Below are positions 8,490 to 17,900 of a stretch of DNA of 28,760 bases, in pieces (within the stretch, counting starts at the first letter, position 1; each line of letters starts with the position of its first letter). This DNA is from Candidatus Micrarchaeota archaeon (GTDB lineage Archaea > Micrarchaeota > Micrarchaeia > Norongarragalinales > SBBD01), in the NCBI GenBank assembly GCA_043806595.1, contig JAZDGU010000040.1:1-28760 (forward strand), written 5' to 3'. The translations under genes and the position numbers were made by a program. The notes under the pieces were generated by a model. That model ran no database searches, had not been told where the DNA came from, and saw only the letters and a list, made by a program, of their open reading frames with translations.

Positions 8490-8511
8490 CCGCTTGGGGG
8501 AAAAAGGTTGC

Positions 8512-8940
8512 ATGGCCGAGTGGTACGTCTACGCGCTCGCGGCGATGCTCCTCTTCTCGCTGGCGAACCTCGCGCTCAAGGAGCTCATGAAGAACGACAT
8601 GAGCCGGCTCTTCGAGCGGAACCGGCAGGCGTTCACCTCGTTCGCCCTCGCCTTCGCGACTTTCCTCGTAGTCGCATGGGTAATATTCCTGCGGGAAGTG
8701 AAATTCCCCGCGAACATGCTGCCGATTGCGGCGTTGGTGCTGGTCATGTCGCTCGCCGGGTTCGTCTTACTGCTGTATGCGCTGAAGACCGGCAAGGTGT
8801 CGCTGGTAACCGCGATCCTGAACGTCTCGACGGTCGTCGTCGCGGGGCTCGCGGTGCTATTCCTCGGCGAGCAGCTGACCCTCAAGGAGGCGGCGGGAAT
8901 CGCAATGGCGGCGGCGGCAATATTCCTGATCGCGTCGTGA
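8512..8940 (+). CDS. EamA/DMT-family single-domain membrane transporter
   Basis: MAEWYVYALAAMLLFSLANLALK...YALKTGKVSLVTAILNVSTVVVAGLAVLFLGEQLTLKEAAGI; start at ATG 8512 rather than 8158. Confidence 0.88.
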   Translation: MAEWYVYALAAMLLFSLANLALKELMKNDMSRLFERNRQAFTSFALAFATFLVVAWVIFLREVKFPANMLPIAALVLVMSLAGFVLLLYALKTGKVSLVTAILNVSTVVVAGLAVLFLGEQLTLKEAAGIAMAAAAIFLIAS

Positions 8941-9000
8941 AAGGAGGATTGAACCGCGCAAACCCCGTTAGCGGGATACGCACCTGCCGCTCTCCCGAAA

Positions 9001-10533
9001 TCATTCGGAGGGGAATTCAGATTTTATTTGGTTCATAAAATTGCTACGTCTGCCTTGGGCGAGCACGCCATATAGTTGCTGGGATGGCGGAGTCCCGCCG
9101 AGCAGGTCGTAAATTCCGGCCACGACGGGCTCGAGCTGGGGAAGTCTCGCGTACAAGTGGAGCGAATACTGCCCGCTCCCGCCCGGCGGGGGGTCGAAGT
9201 ATTTCACCTCCCCGCCAGTAGTGCCTCCAAGCGTGTTCCGCAAAAGCCGGGCGGCGGAATTCCTCGCCGATTCGCCGGCGAAGCTCATGCTCAGAAGGCC
9301 AAAGTGAGACGCGCGGGAATTGACCGGGGTTCGCACCGTCTGCGGGATAAACTCAACACCTGCAATTTCCAGCTCGGACAGCCGGTTGCCCAGGAATTCA
9401 GCCTTGCGGACCGCTGCCTCGGGCGTAAGGCTTCTGGGCGGGGCCCTGCCCCCGCGATTCGAGCTGCGCGCCTGCATGGAAGACTGGCCGCCTCCGAGGG
9501 GAAGGCCGCCGGCGCCGGCGCCTATCCCCCAAACCGGTGAATCCACGTCCAAGGCGTAAAGAACTGCTGCCCCCAAGCGGCCCAGCGTCCAAGAACCGCC
9601 GAAGTATGAAGCATACGGCGAGTCGCCGGCCCACGGGTCGCCGTTGAAAATTTCGCCGACAACCGCGGGGTCTGGAGCGATGTCCATTGAAAGCGGGGCA
9701 AGGACGGGACATTCCTCGCACTGCATGCCCGTCGGATCAGTGAAACGAAGGGGGTTGTTCGCGGCGTACGAATAAGGAGTCTCTGCACCGCTAAACAGCG
9801 GGTCGGCGCTCACGAACCGGCCTGCCGAGGGCTGGTAGAACCTCGCGCCGAAGAAGTAGAGTCCTGACCGCGATTCCAATTCCTTGCCCGTGAACTTGAA
9901 GCGGGACTGAAGGCTTTCGCGGAGCGAGCCGCCGAAGACATGGAAGTCGTTTCTGCCAAGCGAGGCGCCGGAGGAATCGCTTGCCGCTCGCACGCTCGAC
10001 AAATAATCCGCGTGCATGAACTCCAACGGCACCAACACGCTCGACTGGGACACCTCCGCTCGAGCAGCAAGCCCGCCGGAATAATAATAGTTCGTCCTCC
10101 TGCCGAAGCCACCGGAACCCCCGCCGCCGCACTCATCCTCCGAGCAGACGACCTGCATCAGGTTCTTCCCGAACGACTCGTTGCTCTCGTTGCCCGCGGA
10201 AACATCCGGCAAAGGAGCGGGGGAAGGGAGCTCGGAGGGCTTCTCGGGCAGGGCAGTTGGCTCGGCCGTCGGAAGCGGGGCGGGGGAGGGAATCTCCGTA
10301 GGCGGTTCTGTAGGGAGTTGAGTGGGCGTCACGGGGGATTCTTCTTGAACTATTGCGGGAAGGCCGAGTGCCTTGGGAATGGACTTCCCAAGGGTAACAA
10401 AACCGCTGGAAATCGAGGAATCGGCGGAAAAAAGAAATAGCAGCAGAAGCACCGCGGACACGGATAGAACGGTTCCGGCGCTTGCCGTCCAGAATTTCTT
10501 CGCACTGCGGCGGTGTCTTCGGGGCATTTTCAT
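9001..10533 (-). CDS. membrane-anchored RHS repeat-associated core protein with an unknown C-terminal domain
   Basis: N-terminal TM/signal and Pro/Thr linker, then H.DYLSSVR, FKFTGKELE..SGLYFFGARFY.P..GRF.SADP, PYSYAANNPLRFTDPTG, then a 241-aa tail; ATGA overlap with the upstream gene. Confidence 0.9.
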   Translation of the reverse strand: MKMPRRHRRSAKKFWTASAGTVLSVSAVLLLLFLFSADSSISSGFVTLGKSIPKALGLPAIVQEESPVTPTQLPTEPPTEIPSPAPLPTAEPTALPEKPSELPSPAPLPDVSAGNESNESFGKNLMQVVCSEDECGGGGSGGFGRRTNYYYSGGLAARAEVSQSSVLVPLEFMHADYLSSVRAASDSSGASLGRNDFHVFGGSLRESLQSRFKFTGKELESRSGLYFFGARFYQPSAGRFVSADPLFSGAETPYSYAANNPLRFTDPTGMQCEECPVLAPLSMDIAPDPAVVGEIFNGDPWAGDSPYASYFGGSWTLGRLGAAVLYALDVDSPVWGIGAGAGGLPLGGGQSSMQARSSNRGGRAPPRSLTPEAAVRKAEFLGNRLSELEIAGVEFIPQTVRTPVNSRASHFGLLSMSFAGESARNSAARLLRNTLGGTTGGEVKYFDPPPGGSGQYSLHLYARLPQLEPVVAGIYDLLGGTPPSQQLYGVLAQGRRSNFMNQIKSEFPSE

Positions 10534-12356
10534 CCCAGCGTGATGAGCAGGAGCGCGGCGGCGATGACGGAGACGAAAAGGATTACGGGGGCGAATATCT
10601 TTGCGATGCTGACGATTGCGCTGACCGTGGAGAGCAGCTCGGGCGTGCGGCCGCTGCCGAGCACTTCGATGGAGGTGCGCCGGGACACGACCGCGGCGCT
10701 GCAGGGCTCGAGGTCTTCAAGCGCGCCCGCGACCGCGGACTCGATGCGGGGCAGGAGCGCCTCGTTCTGCGGGTGCGACCCCAAGGGGTTGTGCACGCCG
10801 CTGAAGTTGTTTACCGAGTGCGAGTCCGTGGTGAGCACGTCGCAGTAAGTGAACTTGTGCCTGGAGAGAACCTTCAGCAGGATCGCGCGCCGGAACGACG
10901 GGAGCATGTTGTTCGCGTCCAGCAGTATGAAGCAAGCGCGCCTGCCGCCGGTCTCGAAGACCGCGACCTTGAGCCCTGCCGGGCCCACTCCCTGCGACGG
11001 GGGAAAGCCCTTGAGGGGGTCCATCGAGGCCCCAAGCCGGAACTGCCTTTTCTGGCGCGGGTCCTGCAGGACGGAAAGCAGGTCGTGGAACTCGAAGAAC
11101 GAGCGGCTGCCGGAGCCCATCTTCTGCTCGTCGGTCTTGCTGTTGTGCATGTCGACGATGACGCTTTCGGCGAAGCCGTTCGCCTTCATCGCGCTGGAGA
11201 GCGCCATGCCCAGCGCGAGGTCCATGTCGTCAGTGTTCTCGGGTGCGCGCGTGAGCGCGATGAAGGCCCGGGGCGTCCGGCCGAAGCTCATGCCGAAGGC
11301 CTTCGCGTCCTTGTTCGAGGCGCGCAGGAACGCAGCGCGGTCCTCGAACCTGCGCACCGCCTTGAAGGCCTGCACGAACTCGCTCGCGATGCGCGTCGAC
11401 GAGAAGGAGTAGACGGGGTTGAGGTCGTGGCCGGCAGTGCCGTGGAACACGAACGCGGGGCAGTGGAGCTCGGAGGAGACCGCGTCCGCGATGGTCAGCG
11501 GGAACTCGCTGCCGCCGACGTTGCCGAACGGCCCGTAGTGCAGGTTGGGCACGAGGAAAGCGGCCTTGTATTTTCCGGAGCGCGCCTTGAACGCCACCCC
11601 GCCGAGAATGGTGTCCGCGGTCTCGCTTATCTCGGCGAAGACGTCCTCGATGTCCTTCTTGCCGTATACTGTCTGTGCGAAGAACATCGTCGCCACCTGC
11701 AGGGTCGAAATCCCGAAGTTGCGCTTCGCCGGCGCGTTGATTACGTAGAATAGGGACACGAGGCCCAATAGCAGCACCGCGGAGGAGACCACGAACTTGA
11801 CGAGGATGACCAGCGGGTCGTTGACCCCGGCGAGAAGGAACGAGCTCCATATGACGAGGAAGGACAGGTTGAGAACGGGGTGGAACGAGGCTATCACCCA
11901 CGCCTTCCAGCCGTAGTTGAGGCCCACGAAGAGCGCCAAGAACCAGATGAGGAACACCAGCGAATTCGCGACGAGCGCGAAGGTCGCGAGGTCGGCGAAC
12001 CTGCTCGCGAACACTGAGCCCGCGAGGTAGAACAGCGAGCACACGCCCATCGCCAGCAGCGCGATGAAGCCGAAGTGCTTCAGCCTCTGCGAAAAGCCTT
12101 CCTTGCGCGCTACGGAGGTCGCGAGGACGCCGGCTAGCAGCGCCGGCGCGCCGAGGAAGAGAAGCCCCTCGGAGCCGCCGAAAAGCAGGGACTCGCTGAG
12201 CGTGGAGAGGGTGAACGGCTCACGGAAGATGAGGAGCCTGATCGCGAAACCCGCTAGGAAGGAGGCCGCGAAGAGGTAGACGAACGTCTTCTTGTACGAG
12301 GGCAGGGCTATGGCTAGCTTGGAGATCGAGGTCGCCTTGTCGTCGATGCCGCCCAT
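10530..12356 (-). CDS. DUF2070 family membrane protein
   Basis: Multi-TM N-terminal half; PNLHYGPFGNVGGS, FVFHGTAGHDLNP, VDMHN, LDANN, TTDSHSVN motifs; leaderless, ~25 nt from CTTTTTAAG. Confidence 0.88.
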   Translation of the reverse strand: MGGIDDKATSISKLAIALPSYKKTFVYLFAASFLAGFAIRLLIFREPFTLSTLSESLLFGGSEGLLFLGAPALLAGVLATSVARKEGFSQRLKHFGFIALLAMGVCSLFYLAGSVFASRFADLATFALVANSLVFLIWFLALFVGLNYGWKAWVIASFHPVLNLSFLVIWSSFLLAGVNDPLVILVKFVVSSAVLLLGLVSLFYVINAPAKRNFGISTLQVATMFFAQTVYGKKDIEDVFAEISETADTILGGVAFKARSGKYKAAFLVPNLHYGPFGNVGGSEFPLTIADAVSSELHCPAFVFHGTAGHDLNPVYSFSSTRIASEFVQAFKAVRRFEDRAAFLRASNKDAKAFGMSFGRTPRAFIALTRAPENTDDMDLALGMALSSAMKANGFAESVIVDMHNSKTDEQKMGSGSRSFFEFHDLLSVLQDPRQKRQFRLGASMDPLKGFPPSQGVGPAGLKVAVFETGGRRACFILLDANNMLPSFRRAILLKVLSRHKFTYCDVLTTDSHSVNNFSGVHNPLGSHPQNEALLPRIESAVAGALEDLEPCSAAVVSRRTSIEVLGSGRTPELLSTVSAIVSIAKIFAPVILFVSVIAAALLLITLG

Positions 12357-12398
12357 GGGGAAAAAGACGCCGGAGCGGCTTAAAAAGCCTGCGGGAAG

Positions 12399-12602
12399 TC
12401 AGCGCCTTGCGGCGGCCTTGTGCAGCCTGTAGACGCCGCTGCCCTGCAGAAGCAGCCTCCGCTTGAGCTTGTAGGCGTTGTCGAAGTATTCGGCGAGGAC
12501 GTCGTCGAAGGTGCGGTTCTGCTGCACCGCGATCTTCATCAGCTCTATGGTCAGGAAGCGCAGCTCGGAATTCACCGACGACGCCTCCTCGAAGTCCTCC
12601 AT
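12399..12602 (-). CDS. small helical hypothetical protein (67 aa)
   Basis: MEDFEEASSVNSELRFLTIELMKIAVQQNRTFDDVLAEYFDNAYKLK...; strong host codon bias. Confidence 0.75.
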   Translation of the reverse strand: MEDFEEASSVNSELRFLTIELMKIAVQQNRTFDDVLAEYFDNAYKLKRRLLLQGSGVYRLHKAAARR

Positions 12603-12676
12603 TGCCCGAAAACCCCATACGCTATTAAAGATGAAAGGAATAAAAACTGGAGTGAGGGGTTGGCTTGGAAAAAAGG

Positions 12677-13333
12677 ATGCGCAAGGTCTGCGCCAAATGC
12701 GGAAGGGAGGAGGAGCATGCGGAGTTCATCGGCGCGTTCTGCCTGTCTTGCGCCCCCGAGGCCGCGTCGAGCACGCTGCCGCGGAGGGTCTCCGTCGACC
12801 GCTGCCCGCGTTGCGGCAGGCTCCGCCGCGGAATAGACTATTTCGAGGCGACGCCGGAAGAGCTCGCGGACATCGCGTCCACGAGGCTCAAGGGGAGCGC
12901 CGAAGTAGTCGGGTGCAGGCTCTCGATGCACGGCGACGCGTCGCGGAAGATTGCCCCCGCGGAGCTGGAATGCACGCTCGCCGCGGAAGGCAAGGAGTTC
13001 GTGAAGAGGTACTCTTTCGAGTTCGCCTTCGATGGCAAGCTCTGCGAGACTTGCAGGCGCGTGGCCGCTGGATACCACGAGGGGATACTGCAGCTGCGCG
13101 GCGACCCGGAGAAGGTCGAGCGCGCGGCAGAGAGGCTGCGCGGCGAGCTCGGGCCCGACATGGTGACCAAGGAGAAGTCGGAAGGCAAGGGCGTCGACCT
13201 GTTCATCGCCGAGAGGGACGCGATGATGAAGCTGGTCATGCAGCTGCACCGCCCGTATACTGCGACGCGCAAGCTCAAGGGAGTGAAGAAGGGAAAGCAC
13301 CAGTTCATCACCACCGTCTGCGTCAGGTATTGA
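12677..13333 (+). CDS. nmd3: NMD3-family protein (short archaeal form)
   Basis: CAKCG...FIGAFCLSC, CPRCG, LCETC.RVAAGYHEGILQLRG, GVDL, KLKGVKKGK....TVCVR; start at ATG 12677. Confidence 0.88.
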   Translation: MRKVCAKCGREEEHAEFIGAFCLSCAPEAASSTLPRRVSVDRCPRCGRLRRGIDYFEATPEELADIASTRLKGSAEVVGCRLSMHGDASRKIAPAELECTLAAEGKEFVKRYSFEFAFDGKLCETCRRVAAGYHEGILQLRGDPEKVERAAERLRGELGPDMVTKEKSEGKGVDLFIAERDAMMKLVMQLHRPYTATRKLKGVKKGKHQFITTVCVRY

Positions 13334-13348
13334 GGATGTGGAAATGCG

Positions 13349-13464
13349 CTTCCCCTGCACTCAGCCCAGGGCTATAATCCCTGCCCCGTAGAATCGTGCC
13401 AGATCCGACATGATTGTACTAGCCCGGACTTTTTATAGACTGCAACGTTTGGAGCGCGACGAGA
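13349..13464 (+). repeat. 116-bp intergenic element, copy A
   Basis: Homologous to 14536-14651: first 26 nt are 22/26 identical (CTTCCCCTGCACTnnGCCCnnGGCTA); 3' block CGG(A)CTTTTTAnnGACTGCAnnGTTTGGA..GCGnCGAGA. Confidence 0.8.
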
Positions 13465-13510
13465 TTAGCATCGTTAATCATCAAGCACTGAACACGAAAG
13501 AGTGCCAGTA

Positions 13511-13557
13511 GAAAGCTTTTTATTCACATTTGGATAACGTTATCCACTATTGGATAA
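13511..13557 (+). promoter_or_regulatory. BRE/TATA plus palindromic operator of the MNT-HEPN operon
   Basis: GAAAGCTTTTTATT (13511-13524), perfect palindrome TGGATAACGTTATCCA (13531-13546), third TGGATAA half-site (13551-13557). Confidence 0.75.
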
Positions 13558-13566
13558 GTGGTTTGA

Positions 13567-14100
13567 ATGGAAGCGCTTCAGCTAGTCAAATACCGCGGCT
13601 CGCGCCGGATGCTTGAGACGTTGCTTAAGTATCCAGATAGGCAGTTCACGATAAACGAGTTGGCAAAGGAAGCGGGCGTCCCGTTTGCCTCCGCTTGGCG
13701 GCTGGTGAAAAAATGGGAGCCTGCGGGCATTATCGGCACAGGGCGGGTTGGTAAAAGCGTCACGGTAAAACTCCGCAAATCCGACTACCTCGATTCCATT
13801 GCATCGATCTTGAAGATCAGTATGAGCCCGCAGGCCTTTACCGCAAAGGCGTTGAAGGACATGCTATCCAAAAACAACGGCGTGAAGGAAGCATTTCTGT
13901 TCGGCAGCGTGGCCAGCGGGAAAGAAACGTCCGCCAGCGACATCGACGTCGCCATTCTTGCCGGAAAAGGGTTTGACGCAAACCGGTTATTGTTTGAGGT
14001 GTACGAAAAATACGGCACAAAGCTGGTGCCAATCGTCTTTTCAAACAAAAAGGAACTCGATACGTTCATGGCCGACAAGAAAGGGGGAAGATTGAAATGA
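13567..14100 (+). CDS. HTH-fused minimal nucleotidyltransferase (MNT, putative antitoxin)
   Basis: wHTH (FTINELAKEAGVPFASAWRLVK) plus LFGSVASG.....SDIDVAIL Pol-beta motif. Confidence 0.9.
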   Translation: MEALQLVKYRGSRRMLETLLKYPDRQFTINELAKEAGVPFASAWRLVKKWEPAGIIGTGRVGKSVTVKLRKSDYLDSIASILKISMSPQAFTAKALKDMLSKNNGVKEAFLFGSVASGKETSASDIDVAILAGKGFDANRLLFEVYEKYGTKLVPIVFSNKKELDTFMADKKGGRLK

Positions 14101-14495
14101 CCGACACAGCGAAACGGGCTTTGGGAGAGGCGGAAAACTGGCTCGTTTCAGCAAAACACGGCCTAGTCGAAGCGCAGGAAGAGGAAACTGCAGCCAACGT
14201 AAGCTGCGCGCAATCGATTCATTCGATAATCCGGGCCAACGACGCGCTTTCCCTGAAATTCTACGGGCACAAGCCGACAAGGCACGATGATGCGGCAGTG
14301 GTTTTTTCAAAGTTGGTAAAGGAAGGAAAATTGCCGGCTCATTCAGCACGATTCAAGGAACTGGTAGCTGATGCGATGAGGGACAAAAGCGGGGCAGACT
14401 ACGGGAAAGAGACGTTCTCGCATGAAAAAGCCGAGGAGTACGCACAGCACGCCGAAGAGTTCATAGCAATGGTCAAAGACGTTCTGAAGCTATGA
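14097..14495 (+). CDS. HEPN domain protein (MNT partner, putative toxin)
   Basis: ATGA-coupled to MNT; helical HEPN pattern (AENWL.SA, SIHSII.ANDAL, H.DA, K..ADYG, A.EFI). Confidence 0.85.
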   Translation: MTDTAKRALGEAENWLVSAKHGLVEAQEEETAANVSCAQSIHSIIRANDALSLKFYGHKPTRHDDAAVVFSKLVKEGKLPAHSARFKELVADAMRDKSGADYGKETFSHEKAEEYAQHAEEFIAMVKDVLKL

Positions 14496-14535
14496 TGGGC
14501 TTAGCCGGTAGGATACTAGCCAGCGGCTCGTTGCC

Positions 14536-14651
14536 CTTCCCCTGCACTTGGCCCGCGGCTAGGTGCAGCCCTGTACGCGTCTGCGCCCATATGCACGTTT
14601 AAACGTACAATCACGGCTTTTTAATGACTGCAGAGTTTGGATGCGTCGAGA
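14536..14651 (+). repeat. 116-bp intergenic element, copy B
   Basis: Homologous to 13349-13464; contains hairpin CTGCACTTGGCC-CGC-GGCTAGGTGCAG and palindrome ACGTTTAAACGT. Confidence 0.8.
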
Positions 14652-14945
14652 ACGTTTTCGTAGATTTCTTAAAGGCTGAGAAAATCTAGCCGAGTTTCAG
14701 ATATGAAAAACGCCGTTTGCGCGTAAATTTAAGAGGCAACCCAACCCGCCCAATAGCGCTGAAAACATTTACCGTAAAAACCTCGCGCAAAGAAAGAATG
14801 CTTGGGCGGATAGATGAAAAGGCAAGAAAAACGAAAAATCAACCCTCTTTTTAAACGGTTCATTTAGAATACATCCATGGAAAACCAGCGGATGACACTC
14901 TCGAAAATGCCGCCTTTTTCCATGAAATAATTCGGGTGATCTAGC

Positions 14946-17900
14946 ATGCGCTCTATCCTTGTGATCGCCTTTGCCGTACTATTCCTTATTCTTTCCAACA
15001 TAGTTCCTGCGGAAGATTCTTCGGCGGTTATGGCGTTTAAAACAAAACACCCCGGATGGATAGTGACGTGGGACGAAAGCTCGAGCCGCCATTCGATGTT
15101 ATACGGCCCGGGCTTGGCTCTGGAGGGATTTGGAGTTTCAAGGGCGTCCGATGCTGCCATCGCATTCGTAAAATCGAATAACGACTTGTTTTATGCATCG
15201 GGAGAGCTTTCGGTAGAAAACGACATCATTGTTTCCTCGGAAGGCAACATAAGGGAAATCGTTGCCCTCGGGCAAACCTATTCGGGGATTCCCGTATTTA
15301 GCGGGTATTCGACGTTTTTTTTCTCCGAGGGACTCCTCGCATTCGTAAAAAACGGTTTGTATTCGGGCATTCAGATTGGAATCGCCCCATCGATATCATC
15401 CGAGCAGGCAGTCAGTGCAGCCAAATCACACGCCATCTCCAACCTTTTTCCTAGCAGAATTATACAAAAAGATCCGCGCGAGGTTGACGGAATTGCAGGA
15501 AAGCCGATGGCTCCCGACGAATCTGAAAGGCCAAAGGGGGCTAAGCCCATTGATGCGTCAGCCATCCGTGAACTCATGAAAATTATTAGTGAAAGCACTC
15601 CGCCGGCAAACCTTGTAATCCTTCCTTACAAGCTGAAGACCAGCTTAGAGTTTCGACTTGCCTACGAAATCAGGCTGCCTTTGCTGCTTGGGGAAAAGCC
15701 GGAGGAGTGGACCTATTTCGTAGACGCGAACTCTGGCAAGGTGCTTTACAGATATGACCGGGTTCGGTTTCTTAACGTAGACGGCACGGTAATCGGAGAG
15801 TATTACCCGAATGACCCGGCGCAGCAGCGCGTTCAAGGATTCTTTGGAAACGAAACCGTTCAACTGGATTCGCATTCGACAACCACTTCTTCCCTTGGCT
15901 TTTACTCATTCACCGACCTGCCCCTGGGAACATATCAGTTGTCCTCAGAGTTAGCAGGGCGATATGCTGACGTCAGCAATGCGCAGCAGCCGGATTCACT
16001 GCATTCTGCGGCGGTAGGCGCTGGAACGCACGATTGGAACTGGCCGGATGACGACCAGTCGTACAAGAAAGAAGAGGAGAACGCATATTATCATGCCAAC
16101 ATTGTGCACGACTTCTTTTCAAGCCGGGAAGCGCCATTCAACCTTCAGGAAATGAACTACGTAATGCAAGTCAACGTCAACCTAAACAGCATTTGCAATG
16201 CCTTTGCAAACGGAAATTCCATCAACTTTTTCATGGCCGGAGAATGGCCCGGTTGGGGATTCTGCGAGAGCACCGCACTGGGCAGGGATATCATTTACCA
16301 CGAGTATACGCACAATGTGCAGAATCTGGTTTATGGAAATGTGCATTTGGAATACTGGGACGAGCAGGGCGGCATGATGGAAGGATGGTCGGATTACTTC
16401 GCTGCCACGATAACGGATGACCCGGTCATCGGGGAGAACGTGTTTCCAGAGCCGATACGGTATGTAAACAACAGCCTTCGATATCCGGATGACTACGACC
16501 CAGAACCCCATGCTGCGGCTGGCGTCTTCGAGGGCGCATTGTGGGACATGCGGACTGCCATCGGCCAAGACCGCTCAGACCGTACCGTCATGCTAGGCAT
16601 GCAGCTCAAGCCTCTGGACTTCACAGAAGCGCTTACCACAATCCTTGTCGCCGACGACGACAACGGCGACTTGACTGATGGCACTCCGAACATTGACGCG
16701 ATATGCTATTCCTTCTGGGACAGGCACGGCCTTGCTGCAGCGGCGTGCGCCGGCCATACGCAGACGCCCATAGCCGTTATTTCCGACCCCGAGGAATCCT
16801 CTGTCCTATCTGGAGCGAAAAGCATATCTGGAATCGCCGCAGGAAGCCCTTCCGGTTTCCAATCTTTTTCCGTCACTTACACGGACGAGAATGGCCAGTT
16901 TGTTAACGACGGCATAACCCTACAGGGAGGGGGATTGAATCAGGTTTTGGGCGGGAACTTGGCGGAATGGGACACTTCGTTCACTACGTCACGAAGCCTG
17001 AAGCTGAGGCTCAATGTCACAGACCAGGTTGGCCAAGAGTCAATTTACGACGTGGGCATAGAAATTAAAAACAACTTCATTGAAGTCCCACGCCAATTTG
17101 ATCGATTAAGCTCGAACACTCCTTCCATCGACATCATCGGCTATACCGACCCCTACAATTTCGCCTCTTACGAGCTCTTTTACCGGGGTCCTGCAACACA
17201 ATTCCAGTGGAGATCACAGGAAATCACGCTTCGTGACGGCGGAACTATTCCAGTCCAGCACGGGGTAATTGGGAGCCTTTCCCCAGCGCTCATCACCGAT
17301 AGAGGATTATACCAAATCAAGCTTCTGGTCCATCGCACGGGTGGAAGACCAGATGACTCGGCCACCATATTTGTTACCTTTGATCCGGCGATTAGCTCTG
17401 GCTGGCCGGTTACTTACACGATCCCCACCTACCCCTGTCCTAGCCATCCTGAGACGCAATGTTACAACGATTTGGGCAAGCAATACGTTGTCACTGATGA
17501 CCTTGACGGCGACGGGAACCGCGAAATCGTTTTCGGAGCGACCGCGAACGACCCTGGGGATTATCGCGGTTATACAAAGATCTTCATATACGGGTATGAC
17601 GGCGCATTGAGGGATGGATGGCCTAAGATCCTGCAGCAGGGCTATAGGGTAATGGCGCCCGCGATTGGGGATGTTGACGGGGATGGAGTAAAGGAAATAG
17701 TATTTGTGACCGATGATGAGGTTGTAAACTACGTACATGCGATGCACGCGGATGGTAGCGAAGTAGCCGGTTATCCGTTAAGCATTCCCATCACGCCTTA
17801 CGGTTATGCAGCCTGGGTTTCGGTTTCACTAAGGGACCTCAATGGCGACAACGCGGATGAAATCGGCCTTGCTCTCTCGGATAGCGTATTCCTTTTTTCC

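Noticed and set aside
10207..10296. Duplicated E(I/L)PSPAPLP in the RHS stalk, and PAPHPSP repeats in the 618-aa protein
   Set aside because: Ordinary short duplications in Pro-rich linkers; no sign of a DGR template/variable repeat pair or a reverse transcriptase.
13529..13557. TTGGATAA palindrome resembling an archaeal dif (XerA) site
   Set aside because: The arms are separated by 2 bp, not the 6-bp dif spacer; its position over the start site of an HTH gene fits an operator.
13349..14651. 116-bp elements as integron attC sites or CRISPR repeats
   Set aside because: No RYYYAAC...GTTRRRY ends or full-length hairpin; only two diverged copies ~1.2 kb apart; no intI or cas genes in the window.
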